Counted from the whole stretch's first letter, positions 35,208 to 49,319 are shown. The stretch is 61,747 nt of DNA, filler included, from Hausera hauseri (GCA_046269625.1; 11 parts of 11 records of this genome joined end to end with filler, not necessarily neighbours in it); one strand, 5' to 3'. A program made the numbers and translations. The notes: generated from the sequence alone by a model not told the origin.

Positions 35208-35649
35208 CGTTTTCGAAAGTATGAAATGCATTATCTGCAAACGCATGTACAGTTTTCGTTGAATGGTCTGGTGTTGTTGACCACACCCAAGTACAGTTAT
35301 CGTGTAAAGCAGGCATCAAGTGAAAATGCTGCGAAACTTGGTGATGCTTTAAGTCAATTAAACATGGACTTAAAGTTGAAAGAACCGGCTTTACAAAAGT
35401 AATATGTCGTTTTACCGGCCGCAAAANNNNNNNNNNTAAAATGTCTAATGTGCCCGATGACTTAAAGTTGTCGACTCAACATTAAATTGCAGGCATACAA
35501 AGAAAAGGTGTCAAAAGCCCGATTAGGTGTTTATCCGAAGCACTTTTTGATTATCAATAAATGTTGTTGTTGTTGTTGTTTTGATTTTCTTCTTCTTCAA
35601 CAATGAGTATAAATATACATGTGTAATGGGCTTTTCATTAATAATGATA

Positions 35650-36116
35650 ATGAATTATGTAAAAATTATTTTGACGGATAAAAGTGCAACTGTACCGAAA
35701 CGTGTTACGGCAAGCAGTGCGGGCTACGATGTGTTTTCCAATGTCAATACGACAATTCTGGATAGCACAATCAAATGCATAACGACTGGGATTCGATTGG
35801 CGATTCCACCCAGTTACTATGGCCAACTTTTATCGAAAAGAGGACTGGCAAAACTCGGACTGCCGCTTGGGAGCGGTGGTGTCATTGGTTCAGACTTTCG
35901 TGGTGAAATTAAGGTGTTGTTGGAAAAACTATCCGGGCTATTGTATGATATTGCGAAAGGCAGTGCATTTGTACAAATCGTTTTTCTTCGATGTGAAGAG
36001 GCGGAATTTAGTGTAATGTCACCGGAACAATGGGATAGTTCTGTGTCAATGAAGCAACTCGAAATGAACGCAAAGAATTTGGCTTTGGCGATACGGACAA
36101 AGCCACCTATGTTTAG
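35650..36116 (+). pseudogene. Trimeric dUTPase (Polinton-borne), frameshift before motif 5
   Basis: SAGYD, GQLLSKRGLA, GVIGSDFRGEI, FVQ; alternative frame gives NERKEFGFGDTDKATYV* ending 36116. Confidence 0.85.
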
Positions 36117-36269
36117 TGATTGTGATAATAAGAGTAATAATAATAGTTAGTTGTTTTTTGTGTTATAAACAAAAAGTGATTCTGTGCATGATAATTAATG
36201 CAGACAGCATTTACAGATATTGAAACTTTTCAAGATTATGTCCGGTAGATTATAAAGGAATTATGAGTT

Positions 36270-36686
36270 ATGTACGTCGGTAACATTTTCAAACCGCTTG
36301 TGTACGTATTCAAGCCCACCGTTATGTGGAATCATTTGACAAAAAAGGCGAAAATTACCAATGGATATCTCATACGACGTCGTAATGGACTTTGTTGGCA
36401 CGAAGGCAATTCAACGTTTTGCGTATCATGTATCATGCGAGACATTTGTGATCGTTCTGACATTGAAAATACAATATTTTCTATTAAAGGTCAAATTGAC
36501 AGACAAAAGTTTACACTACTACATTCATACTTTCCCGAATTGCGAATGACAACGTATTCAACAACATTGAACAGCTCGATGGCGATGGTACCTGACAATA
36601 TTACATGTCCGTATTGTGATCATGCACCGCACTGTGCTTACAAAAAATTTCTACGGCTTTGTATTGACTATATTTCATGCAAATAA
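36270..36686 (+). CDS. Cys/His-rich Polinton accessory ORF, unknown function
   Basis: 138 aa open, CWH...CVSC and CPYCDHAPHC, AATAAA at the stop. Confidence 0.5.
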   Translation: MYVGNIFKPLVYVFKPTVMWNHLTKKAKITNGYLIRRRNGLCWHEGNSTFCVSCIMRDICDRSDIENTIFSIKGQIDRQKFTLLHSYFPELRMTTYSTTLNSSMAMVPDNITCPYCDHAPHCAYKKFLRLCIDYISCK

Positions 36687-36939
36687 ATAAATGTATTTCT
36701 CTGCTTCTTTTTTTCTTTCCGTTAATGAGGTCCGCCATATTGGTCAGTTAAATAGTTCAAAAACTACAAACACGAATAGGAAATAATAATAATAATCATG
36801 GAAATAGTTGATCAATTGAAGCAATTGCGAAATTTTGATNNNNNNNNNNNNNNNNNNNNNNNNNNNNNNNNNNNNNNNNNNNNTTAATTAATTAANNNNN
36901 NNNNNNNNNNNNNNNNNNNNNNNNNNNNNNNNNNNNNNN

Positions 36940-39900
36940 GCATGTTTCGCAACTCGTGCGAGATAGCATATCTGCGTTCGTATGATCTGTGCCTTTTCTG
37001 TACTCCAGGTTGATGTATAGACTGGATAGGTAGTTGATCCACGTCTGAAATTGGGCTGTTATCGGTTGCATGTCTTTACCATGAACGTTAATGTTTTGTG
37101 GTCCGTTCTTAATGTGAACCGTTTCCCGTATAGGTAATGGTTGAAATGTTGACAGATAATATATGTCCAGTAGTTTCTTCCGAGTTATACAATATCCTTT
37201 TTCATGGTTGTTCATTGCGTGTGATCCGTACGCAGTCACTCTCTCGCGCACCGAAATATCCTTCTGTGACAGTACTGCACCAATTGTGTCGAAGCTTGCA
37301 TCCGTATCGAGGATAAATTTTCTGTTGAAGTCAGGGAAACCTAGTATTGGTGGTGTGGCTAAAGCTATTTTCATTAACTCGAAAGCCTCGTTACATTGCT
37401 CGGTCCATACTAGTTTTTGTTATTCAATTTGCATAGTTACTCCAGTGTCTTGGCCTTTTCTGCGTAACCTTGGATAAATCTTCTGTAGTAGTTGTAGATC
37501 CCTAAGAAGCTTCTCAAATTTTTGACACATTTTGGTTTCTCAAAGGACTTAATTGCTTCTAGTTTTGATGGATCTGTCTGTATCCCCTTGTCATTCACTG
37601 TGCCCTAAAAATTTTATTTCTTTCTTTAGGATGTGACATTTCTCTGGGTTTATTTTGCGACCTGCTTGCCTGATCCGCTGCAATACCTTTCCTAGTATCC
37701 TGTAATGTTTTTCTAGAGTCTTTGAGAAGATTAGTATATCATCTAAGTATACCACTGTTTGTTCAATGTCCCTAGTACTTTATTTATTAGTTCTTGGAAA
37801 GCGCCCGGAGCTGCTGCTATGCCGAATGGCATCCTGCTGAAACAGAACTGCCCTAATTTGGTTAGAAACGCCGTCTTCAATTTGGAATCGTCCTCTAACT
37901 TGATTTGGTAGTATGCATTCCCTAGGTCGATTGACGTGAAAAATTTGGTCCCGTATAATCTGTCCAGTATCTCCACCACGTTAGGCATGGCGAAGGCCTG
38001 CTGTTTCGTTATAAAATTCAGCTGTTTAAAGTCCAGGCATATTCTGGCATCTTTCTTGTCTTTCTTCCATACGCATATTATTGGTGTATTCCACGCTGAG
38101 TTACATGGCTTGATAATGTCGTTTTCCGATATGTTTCAAATGGTCTCATCGATTTTTTTCTCTAGATTTTCTGGTTGCTTTGAGGTTTTATATCAATCGA
38201 CGCTCCTGTCATGTCTATTCGGTGTTTGATGAGAGATGTGCACCTTATGTCCCACTTGTTGGCCATGAATACTTCTGGGTATTTCTGTATAATGTTGAGT
38301 AGCCCTTTATTGTCACTCACTTGAAGAGCTTCCTTCGCCCTGTTGACTCGTTCTTGGTTACTCATCTTACAGCCGAACTTGGCTTCCAGGTTGCATATAT
38401 CTTGCTGCAATGTTTCCGTTTCCATGCGTTTCCATCCCAGTTTTATTCCGAATGCCTTTTGCAGGTCCACACCACCTATTACTTCTGAGCGTAATTCCGA
38501 CACTACCAAAAATGTCACACGTCTCCTTAGACCCTTGATTTCTACGTCTGTTGTAAGTGTGCCCAGGCAATCTAAGGGGATATTGTTCGCGCATCGTAGT
38601 GTGGTATCTGATTTCTCTATGTGTGTGTTTGCACGTTTATTCATGATCTTTTTGCTTATGACGATTTCCCTGACTCTTGTGCCCAATAAGCAATCTTCCC
38701 ATCTGTCTTGTATCTTTAATTTGATTCCTGGTCGTCCATTAAACTTTCTGTATGATATGTGTCCGACATAAATTAGTCTAGCGTGTCCTTTTATCCATTA
38801 CTATATTGCCATGTCCCCTTCTTGATCCATCTATACTGTTTGATATAATACTACTATTATACATAACGATATTGTGGGAGACTGAAACTATTGTAGTGCC
38901 ACTATTTTCTCCACTTCTGTCGGGGTTCTGCCTTTTGGGGCAACTAACTCCTGTTTCGATTCAGTTTCCTCTTCCTCTACGTTTGCGACGTCCCCCATCT
39001 TTTTTTCAGATTATCTCCGTACCTTTTTTTCACTTTGTGTGTATCCCATCCTGGTTCTCTTTTCTCCTCCAGCCTTGTGTAGCACTCCTTTTCTGTATGT
39101 CCGCTATGGTGACATCTTGCACAGCTAAGGTTTGTACAACTTCGTCTGATGTGCACTAGCTGACCACATCCGTAGCATCTTACTGGCTTTCTTTCGGGAC
39201 ATTGCCTGCTTATGTGTCCTTTTCCACATCTAAAGCATTTTATTAGTCGCCGTACGGTGCAAGATCTGCTCGTATGTCCTTCCTTCTGCATGTCTAACAC
39301 TTTAATCTACTATTTTGTGGTCTAATAGGAGTCGTGTTGATTCTAGGCACGGATTTCCTGATATTTTGTGCCGCCACTTCCTGATAGCTTCTTCTAACGA
39401 TCCCCGAATACTCTTTGACCGTGTTGACTTCTTCTGTCTTAATCTTAACTTTGTGTAACATCCGTATTTTCTCCTTTATTGTTTTCGCGTCTAGTTTGTC
39501 ACTGAGGCATATTTCTCTTTTCATCTCTCTATTGTTACAACATTGGAACAACAGTTTCTCTTTTAGAGCCGCGCGTGAAAGATTGTGTTTCACGATTTTA
39601 TTCAGAAGTTTCTCGATTGCCTCGAAGTAAGCCTTCAGTTCCGCTCTATTCATTCTGTACTCGAGCACTTCTTTTAGATCTTCGCATAGCGTTGAGGGTC
39701 GTGCGAAAGCCTTTCGTAGTCGGTTTTGGTATCCCGTTATCCCTGCATCTACTACTTCGTACCTTTATAGTACATATTCCTTCAAGAGGCATTCAACCAT
39801 GATTTCCCGTTTCCCCTCCAGAGTGTTCATATATTTAAAGAATTTTTCACATGCTTTAATGAACTTCTCCATGTTGTCGCCTTTCCCAAATTTGTTGGGC

Positions 39901-40256
39901 AACAATTGGGTCGCGAGGATGTCCATTGTGGCGTAAGTTGCCATGTTGGCCGCGGGCGCATCCACGCCGTCCACCTCGTCGCTCAGCTTGGGTAGGGTTG
40001 GAAAATCCCCGCCCCTTTGTCTGTCCGCTAAATCAGATTTTGATACTTTGTAATTGCTCATGAGAAGTAACACCAGTTGTTGAAAATTTTATTATAATCC
40101 AAAGTACTTATTTGGAAAGAAATTTTCACAAACAATTTTCTCAAATTCTAAATTTAAATTATACTTTTAATATTACACTTTTGAAATAATTTTTTTTAAA
40201 TTTAAAAATGTTTCTAATTTGAATTTAGATTTTCCTTTCTCGATTACATCCTCACA
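36940..40256 (-). mobile_element. Decayed Ty3/gypsy element, family A, with 179-bp 5' LTR (40078-40256) and PBS
   Basis: LTR TGTGAGGAT...TTCAACA then AC-TGGTGTTA; gag with four CCHC knuckles, protease, RT, RNase H, all frameshifted. Confidence 0.95.
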
Positions 40257-40749
40257 GTAATCATGTAATACAAATATAAACATGGAATGCAAATGTTCGA
40301 ATTTAAGTCTGTTTTGTGATTTAACAATAGCTTGGAAATATGGTGCATTTCTTCTCAATCTATGCATCTCGCTACTGCTGAATTATGTTATTCTTTTATA
40401 TAAGTAGGGTAAAAATGTATGTTCAGCACCAAGGAGTTTACCTTGCTTATTTTCACAATTGTGCCACTTTTGGTTCGATTTGCGTAACTTCCTATGAGAT
40501 TTTCGTAACTTCCATCGGGTTTTTGCGTAATTTCCCGTTAATTTTGAGCAATTTTGAGCATAAATCACCTGATTTACATGCAGTTTGCCCCAGTAATTAC
40601 ACAGCACGTTACGCGCAATCAACTGCGTCAAAAAATTGGACAAAATATTATCTCGTGATTATACAATCAACATTAAAGAAAAAGTGGTTTTTCGCGAATT
40701 GCGTGAGAACACTATCTGGTAAATTAAACAGTGAGCCGAGAAAACACTA

Positions 40750-41460
40750 TGTTAGTTCTGACACAGTTCAGGTCTTTCGATGCGTCTCCATAAAACGAGT
40801 CGAATGAACCTATTATCAACAGCATTGGACCACCGGGACCGAAGTTATTGGTAGAAAACTGAGCAAAAAAATTATTTTTAATTGAGCACTGCTCATATTT
40901 AAATAACGTTTGAAACTTTTATACATTTTGCTGAGTAGTATTTGGTAAGCTGGATCGACTGGAATCTGAACAGAGATTGTTTGATGCGTAGTTTGAGCAC
41001 AATTTAATTTTCCGTTAAAGCGATTTAAAGGTCTATTTACGCTATAACTCATTAGCTGTAAGCGAGAAAAAAATTCCCCATAGACCAGTGGAAAGGTCTA
41101 GTGGAGACGCATCGAATGATACATAACATGAGTGATTTTAAGCACTAGACTCAAAAATAAAAAAGTGTTTTTTGGGAATTACGCAATAACCAAAAAATAT
41201 TTTAACGTTTTTTGAACGGAATCAAACTTAACTTGTCAGTGCGGTTCTAATAGTGTATAACATTGGTCGGTAATGTGGATAATGGACCGAGAAAACCCTA
41301 TGTATGTTCTGCGTCAATCCGGTGGTTTAATATTTGTAACACTATAATTCAACAACCATAAATGGCATGGAACTATATCATACACCAACAGAAAGGTCCA
41401 GCAGAGACGCATAGAAAGATATATAACATGAGTGATTTTGAGCACTAGACTCAAAAATTT
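40750..41460. repeat. Direct and inverted copies of a GAAAGGTC...GAGACGCATCGAATGAT motif; non-autonomous DNA transposon relic
   Basis: Copies at ~41090-41157 and ~41390-41457; inverted TTCGATGCGTCTC at ~40776. Confidence 0.55.
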
Positions 41461-41814
41461 GGTTTTGAGCACCACTCAAAATTTATCCATGTATCAGGCT
41501 AATTATTCCTGCGATATCGTAGTATTTTTTGAGCTCTATCAATCGGTATTCGATTTGAATCAGTCTAACTGTTCGGTCGGTTCAGGTGAGTACAAATTGT
41601 TGTTGTTTTTCATAGTGATTTATGAATTCCATGTATCAGACTGATTATTATTCCTCCTATATTGTAAGATATTTTCAGCTCCATCAATTGCTATTCTAAT
41701 AATGTCAATATGACNNNNNNNNNNNNNNNNNNNNNNNNNNNNNNNNNNNNNNNNNNNNTTAATTAATTAANNNNNNNNNNNNNNNNNNNNNNNNNNNNNN
41801 NNNNNNNNNNNNNN

Positions 41815-42722
41815 CTAAAACTGATTTTAATTGATTCTGACTTGACCAATTTTCCAAAGCACAAGGGAAATTTGGAACAACCATCAATTTTTTCAAACTA
41901 CTAAACAAGGACGAAGTTTGAATGGCCATATTATCAAAGAACCCATTGTCCAACACACAACTTATTATGTAGAAAATTACTGGCCAAAACTTTACAATTT
42001 CCATATCGAATTTGTCGAAAACGTTCATTTTAAAAGTCACCTCAGAATCATTTGTCGACAGCAAATCACACAACTTTGTGAATGCGATTTTCCATTGTTC
42101 TTCATCGACCCACTTAAAAATTGATTGTTCAACTCTCGCACGAGTTTCTTCAACAACTTTGTGGACATTATTCTCCTCAAGATGACTCTCGTGAGGATAA
42201 CACAATCTGAACTCATTTTTAACAACATTCTTGCTTTCGGCATAATATTTCAGTGCTGCTTTCGAGCCATCGGAAGCATAAACTCTATCAGATATTGCTT
42301 TGCATAGATTGACCAATTTTTCGGAACATGGTACAATTAATAAAATCTCCAGTATTCTGTTGATATGGTATGCAAATGTACTGAACCATTGGTGATTGGA
42401 CGAAATTCGAATTTTACAAAGACCACCAAATAATTTCTTCAACTGAATCAAATCGTAAAAATTCGCTAGATTGCATTCGATTTTTGGATAGTCCAATTGG
42501 AAATGGACGATGAATTTTGCAACATTTTCGTTCAAGACCCCTAGACTTGAGGTAACAGCTTTCGATAATTTACCGCTCATCAGAAGTCGACAAATATTTT
42601 CAATGTTCAAGGAATTTAACAAATCCCGTTTTATTTCACTTGGTTTTAAAGACAATAATCGATCGATATCACCGGCTTCTTCATTGGGTTCACAGTCGAT
42701 ATTGTATATATCGAGTTGCATT
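41815..42722 (-). CDS. Large host exon, unidentified protein
   Basis: ~300 codons open to the contig end, preceded by acceptor TTTTCATTAATTTAG; no motif recognised. Confidence 0.55.
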
Positions 42723-42962
42723 CTAAATTAATGAAAAATATACATTTCAGATATAGACTGATTTTTTCAACAATAATTTGAACTAATCTAAAACTTAGGA
42801 ATTGCAGTAAAGTTCTTAAATTTACTATAACTACAGGCCCGAAAAATCTGTTTTCTTACGCGGACTACGAAGACAGTTATTAATTAGCACCGTTTTCATA
42901 TTCAAAATAACTACGTATTGCTTAATGACAGAATTATAGGTGTTTTATAATTCCATTATATA

Positions 42963-44280
42963 CAAGGTGTCCCATAAGCTGGTAACAGGAGAAAGGCCTA
43001 CTTATGCCGACCTCGTAACAAAAAATTAGCATCCTATGTACTACGGTTCTCAAGTACCAGCCATTTTAATAAAAATCTAAAAAATCACTACCTCAGGGAA
43101 CCTTGTCGGTAACGTGACTAGAGTTTTAAATTATGTGCATTTTTATTACTGTTTTTATGGTGCATGATTGCCCACATCGGACTGTATCAAATGTTTTTGT
43201 TTAAATATTCCAGTGTTTACGACGACACACTACTTTTTGTATTTTGTAATTCAAACAAATCCCACACTACCATTTTATTAGTGTTTTATTACGATGCCGA
43301 ATACGTACACTGCACAAGAATATGTTAACATGCATCTCATTTATAGGGAATGTAGATGTAATGCCAATGCTGCAGACACAGTTTAGCGTGAAAGATATCC
43401 TAATTCTGAGCGTTATCCAGATTATCGTGTGTTCCTAAATGTTCACCGATTATATTCGGAAGGCCGACTACCAAGTGCACAAGGAAACGAAGGAAGACCA
43501 TGTCGAATGAGCGAAGGTATAGTTTTAAATCAAGTCGCTGAAGACCCTGAAATTTCACTTCGACAAGTTCAACAAAATACAGCCATAAAGAAAAGTATGG
43601 CACAAAGAATTTTAAGAAACCAGTTTCACCCCTATCACGTCCAACGAGTACAATGCCTTCAACTACGTGAACATGCCGACAGGGTAGAATTTTGTAGAAA
43701 TATGCTAAGAAAGAATAGTGAAGACGGATTTTTAAATCTGCATAATTTGCACAGCTGGCAAACTGAAAATCCACATTTAATGCGGCAAAGAACGGTCTCA
43801 ATACCAATTCAAAATCAATTTACGGACTAGTATATTAAACGTTCGAATCCTAGGCCCAATACAGCAGTAAGAAAATTTAAACGGAGAAAACTATTTAGAA
43901 TTTCTCCGAAATGATTTACAAGATTTATTGGATGATGTTCCAATCAACATTGTGCAACGGATGTGGTTGCAGCACGACGGCTGTCCAGCCCATTATGCTC
44001 GTCCAGTAAGGAAATATTTAAATAAAGAGTGCCCCAATAGGTAAATTGGTCGTTTGGGCCTGATCCAGTGGCCGGCACGTTTCACCAGATTTAAACCCGA
44101 AAGATTTTTTATTGGGGCCACATAAAGAAAATTGTGCATAAAAAACCAGTGGGAAACATAACTGAACTACGGAGGAGAATAAATGAAGATGCAGATCAAA
44201 TAAGCAGAAAAGGATGCGCTAGATTCGTGAAAAGATCTTGAAGGAGTCAGTGCCCTATTTGCGCAACAAAGTTTTGATTA
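42963..44280 (+). mobile_element. Tc1/mariner DD41D (rosa-like) transposon, decayed copy 1
   Basis: TA + CAAGGTGTCCC left end; transposase from 43294; WLQHDGCPAH...WPAR/SPDLNP.DF with 41 residues between second and third Asp. Confidence 0.85.
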
Positions 44281-45790
44281 TTTTTATCCAGTTTATTTAA
44301 TGTATTATGTAACCGGAAGAGATTATAAGATGTGGAAGAGCCAGCAAATTAAATATTTACGTCAGAATAAATTATGAAACAGTTTAATATGCTTAAACAG
44401 TGTTATGAGTAAATTGTTATTTATATGTATTCAGTAATAAATATGATCTTACAACTGTAGTAATCACAGTACTAATCGGAAGTATCATAAATCAGTAAAA
44501 CAACAGAAGATTTAAATAAAAAATCTGAAGCATCTACAGACTCATGGAAAGACAGTTGAACAGAAAATAACCCCTACATCACATTCATATTTAAAGCTGT
44601 GTCATTAATGAGTTACTCTGATAGTAAACTATATATGAATAACTTTAAATGTATAGTATGACATATATATACAATTCTGATTCAGACTCGGGCTTTTATA
44701 AACAATTCGAAAGTTTGTACATTTTCCTTGTACAGTAAAACCCTACAAATTTAAAATATTAGTCGTACAAATAAAAATAATAATCCGCCAAAATGTACAT
44801 TAAAAACATCAACATCAATTAAACAAATTGTTTGCACATAATCCGTTCTCTACTGTCTTGCAATACTGTTAAATTAGTGATTGTTTTGAATTTGCTTTAA
44901 CAGTTGAAGGTCAGGCTAGTCTTAGCCTTATAGTGAGTTTGATTTCAAAGCTATGGCTATACGAGTAAGAATCGGCGAGTTTGTTATTGAGAAATAATTT
45001 ATCTGTGTACAACTGGTATCAGGGAGGCGATGCGAGCTCGAAACACGAAGTAGGTGAATATTGCTGTTATTCACAATATTATTTGGGGTTAGAGATTTTA
45101 GTGGGTCGCCAAGAATCGACTTGACAACCCGTCGTCAGGTAATATCACCAATATAGAGCCTGAGACCCAAGAATTTTACTTACTTATTTCACACACGTAG
45201 TCTGACAGTAGGGGCTACCCAATTCCAAGTACTGAAAATTAAGTTAGGAATCAAAATTTAGTAGGTAATGCTACAAGAACAAAACCTTTATCGTGAAAGT
45301 TTATTTTTGATTTTATTAGGTATTGCCACTAGGACAAAACCGTTATACTGAATAACTTTATAAGTCCCAACTGTCAGAATATTCCAGCAGGGATTTTTAA
45401 TTTATTATGATTTAAAATACCACTCACTCATTTTATTTCAAAAATTTGCAGAATATAACAAAAATTCTATTCTCTTTTTGGTTTTTTTACATGGTCCTTT
45501 TATAGTTATATTAGACCTCCCATGTACAAGAATGTCAGTAAATAAAAAATGTCACTGTCAAAAACATCAGTCGAGATTGGCGCCACTTTCATGGAGTTTA
45601 TCAATACTGTAGATTATTATATAACAGTTTCTCTTCCTATTATTAATAACCGGAATTCAGAAAATCTTTTATGTACTACTAAAATCTGGTATATAAATTA
45701 TCGGGTTATAAATTATTTTGTTAATACATGTACTAATTTATGGATCCTATTTTTAGACACTAACGTAAGATCTATTTTGTATCATATATA

Positions 45791-46860
45791 CAGGGTGTCC
45801 CAGAACGTAACGATAAACTGGCAACAGGAGAAAGGCCTACTTATGTCGACCTCGTAACAAAAAATTAGCGTCCTATGTACTACAGTTCTCAAAGTCACTA
45901 CCCTCAGGGAACCTTGTCGGTAATGTGACTAGAGTTTTGAAATATTTATATTTTATTACTGCTTTTTATGGTGCATGATTGCCTACATGGGATTGTATGA
46001 AAATGTTTTTGTTTAAATATTCGAGTATGTTTACGACTGTTTAAAAAATATACAATACTATTTGTATTTCCGTAATTTAGATTCAAAGTTTTAAACAAAT
46101 CCCACACAAACATTTTATTAGTGTTTTATTACGATGCCGAATGCGTACACTGCACAAGAATATGCTAACGTGCGTCTCATTTATGGGGAATGTAGATGTA
46201 ATGCCAATGTTGCAGCCAAAGTTTATCGTGAAAGGTATCCAAATTCCGAGCGTTATCCAGATTGTCGTATGTTCCTAAATGTTCACCGATTGTGTTCGAA
46301 AAGCAGACTACCAAGTGAACAAGGAAACGAAGGAAAACCCTGAAGAATCAGCGATGATATAGTTTTAAATCAAGTCGCTGAAGACCTTGAAATTTCATTT
46401 CGACAAATTCAACAAAATACAGGCATAATGAAAAGTACGGCACAACGAATTTTAAGAAACGGGTTTCACCCCTATCACGTCCAACGAGTACAGTGCCTGC
46501 TACCACGTGACTATGCTGACAAGGTAGAATTTTGTAGAAATATGTTAAGAAAGAATAGTGAAGACCCGCAATTTTTGGACAGCATTTTGTGGTCTGATGA
46601 AACTGCATGTAAAAAGGGCGGATTTTTAAATCTGCATGATTTGCACAGCTGGAAAACTGGAGATCCACATTTAATGCGACCAAAACGGTGTCAATACCAA
46701 TTGAAAATAAATTTATGGACTGGTATATTAAACGGTCAAATCTTAGGCCCAATACAGCTGCCAGAAAATTTAAATGGAGAAAATTACTTAGAATTTCTCC
46801 GAAATGATTTACAAGATTCATTGGATGATGTTTCAATCAACATTGTGCAACGGATGTGGT
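45791..46860 (+). mobile_element. Tc1/mariner DD41D transposon, 3'-truncated copy 2
   Basis: TA + CAGGGTGTCCC; same 5' sequence as copy 1; ILWSDE, NLWTGILNGQILGP. Confidence 0.88.
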
Positions 46861-47013
46861 CTTTGACCTTGTTGTGAGTATCATAGTTTCCATTATCAAT
46901 ATTCTTACCCCTCAATATTTTGCATATACATGCAAGTGATTGTGATGCAATATTATTTAGTGATATCTTTATACTTAGAGGTGGCTCAAGACGTCTGAAT
47001 TCTGCGTTAGTAT

Positions 47014-47449
47014 TGTGAGGATATAGTCGAAAACTGAAATTCTGAATTGAAATTTAAAGCAAATTTCAAATTAAAAAACCAACCACATATTACATTTACA
47101 AAATGTAATATTAAAACTTTAATTTAAATAGGGAATTTCAGGAAATTTGTTTCGAAATGAGTGTTTTAAGATAATAATAAAAATTTCAACAACTGGTGTT
47201 AACTTTCAATGAGTGATTACAAATTTCGCTTTAGTGGACATACCAGGGGGAGGAGGTTTTTCAACCCGACCAAAGTTGGGCGACTAGGTGGGCGGCGTGG
47301 ACTCCCCCGCGGCTAACATGGAGACTTAAGCCACAAGGGACATTTTCTCGAACCAAATGTTGTCCATGAAATTTACGAAAGGCGACGACGTGGAGAAATT
47401 CATTAAAGAATGTGAGAAATTCTTTACATATATGCACATCCCGTCGGCG
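47014..47449 (+). mobile_element. Family A gypsy 5' LTR (47014-47191), PBS and gag start
   Basis: TGTGAGGAT...TTCAACA AC TGGTGTTA; KFTKGDDVEKFIKECEKFF matches gag at 39765-40073. Confidence 0.85.
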
Positions 47450-47549
47450 NNNNNNNNNNNNNNNNNNNNNNNNNNNNNNNNNNNNNNNNNNNNTTAATTA
47501 ATTAANNNNNNNNNNNNNNNNNNNNNNNNNNNNNNNNNNNNNNNNNNNN

Positions 47550-49319
47550 AAGCCATCCACAGTGACTGGACTTCGCAGCTTCCTTGGCACGATCAATTTC
47601 TGCCATCGCTACATTCCGCACTGCTCAGAAATCCTGTCACCTCTGTCTGCTCTAAGCCAAGGACCCAAAAAATCCCAGTTAAATTGGATAGATAAGGCTG
47701 AACAGGCATTTGTCAATGAAAAAATGGCGCTTCTCCACCTACCTACACTACACTATCCTAAACGAGATGCACCGTTCATCTTAACAACAGATACATTCCA
47801 TAAACAACCCATCTTCTCGTCAACTGCGGCACATTTCATTTCTATCAGAATTCTCATTTCAGATAGAGCACATAACTGGGAAAGACAATACAGTTGCTGA
47901 TGTCTTTTCCAAAACTGGGATATCGACAATATACTTTGACCCAATTTTCACGGAAGAGGTTCTCCGATCGAACCCTCCATATGAAGACGATGTCACGTTC
48001 TTCAAAACAGTCGAAACAAAGGATGGAATACACTACAATACCATCCTCAATGGTTGTCCACGCCCAATTCTGGCAGCAAGCCTACTGAAACAGGTGTTTG
48101 ACACCATTAACAACATCCATCACCTTGGGTCAAAAGCCACAGCTTGCCTATTAAGCAGCAGAGTCTGTTGGCCTCGCATGCTAAGCGACATAAAGCGGTG
48201 GACAAAAGAATGTTCAATTTGCCAAGAGTACAAAGTCAACAAGATCCTACAACCCCCAATCCTACACTATCTTACTGGCTCACGGTTTGAAACCATCCAC
48301 ATGGACATAGTTTGACCACTTCCCGATTGTAATGGATATCAGTACATCCTAATTATTCTCAACCGGAAAACAAGATGGCCCGAAGCCATTCCAATCCGCC
48401 AAATAACAACGCAAAGCGTTGTGGTTGTATTGCTAAATACTTGGATTTCTCGGTTCGGAGTACCCAAAAGCATTATAACAGTTCAAGGAACCCAACTCGA
48501 GTCAGCCATGTTCAGCAAATTGACAAAATCGTTTGGTTCCAAGCACGTACATACATTACCCTACCATCCACAGGCGAATGGCTTGATTAAACTATTTTAT
48601 CGTACAATCAAATCATCCCTACGAATCCTTTGCCACGACAACAAGAACTGGCTGGATGCATTACCAATTGTGCTATTAGGATAGAGAAACACTACGAACA
48701 CTAGCACTGATGCCTCTCCGGCACAACTATTATTTGGTGCCCACCTCACATTCCCACAAGATCTGGTAAGCAACGAGGAAGTAACTTCAATCCCTGCTCT
48801 CAACCAAGCTCGGAAGCATTTTCTGTCAATAGACACAAAAATGCACAACAATCACAAAAAAAACCAATCATGCCCAAGAACCTACGAGATGCATCTTTTG
48901 TCTGGCTCAAAAGCCAACAAAGATAAGGTTTTGTACCATACTACACGGGCCCCTACAAGCTCATAGAAATCACTGAGCACAACGCCAAAATATTATGCGA
49001 CAACGCTGAACATATAGTCCACTTGTCGAACATAAAACCCTCATTCGGTTATCACGATTCCGATATAGAAGATCCTATTTATCAAGACGTACCAAGCATG
49101 TCAGAAGTAGACAAGCTTCGACAAAACTATGAGAAAATTGATCCATTCAATATGGACACTCCCGTAGCATATGACCCAACCCCGGTCCAAACTGAAACGC
49201 ATATCACCCCAACGCCCATACATCTAGAAAGGGAACGTACGACAATACGTAACCAAACCCCTGCCGCACCGATATTGAGTCGCACCAGGAGTGCATCAAA
49301 GATACCTCGACTCCAGTAA
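47550..49319 (+). mobile_element. Decayed gypsy pol (RT end, RNase H, integrase)
   Basis: LRSFLGTINF, HHLG...WP....IKRWTKECSICQ, IHMDIV, WISRFGVP, YHPQANGL, YTGPY. Confidence 0.88.

Noticed and set aside
36040-36150. dUTPase lacking motif 5 as annotated in ORF 35581..36150
   Set aside because: A motif-5-like RKEFGFGDT is present in another frame; the annotated tail is a frameshift artefact
28213-36839. One continuous Polinton spanning pPolB and integrase/ATPase contigs
   Set aside because: Separated by an artificial spacer; may be different copies or families
44308-44453. 146-bp TGTAA...TTACA segment as a solo LTR
   Set aside because: No target-site duplication or clear PBS; unsupported
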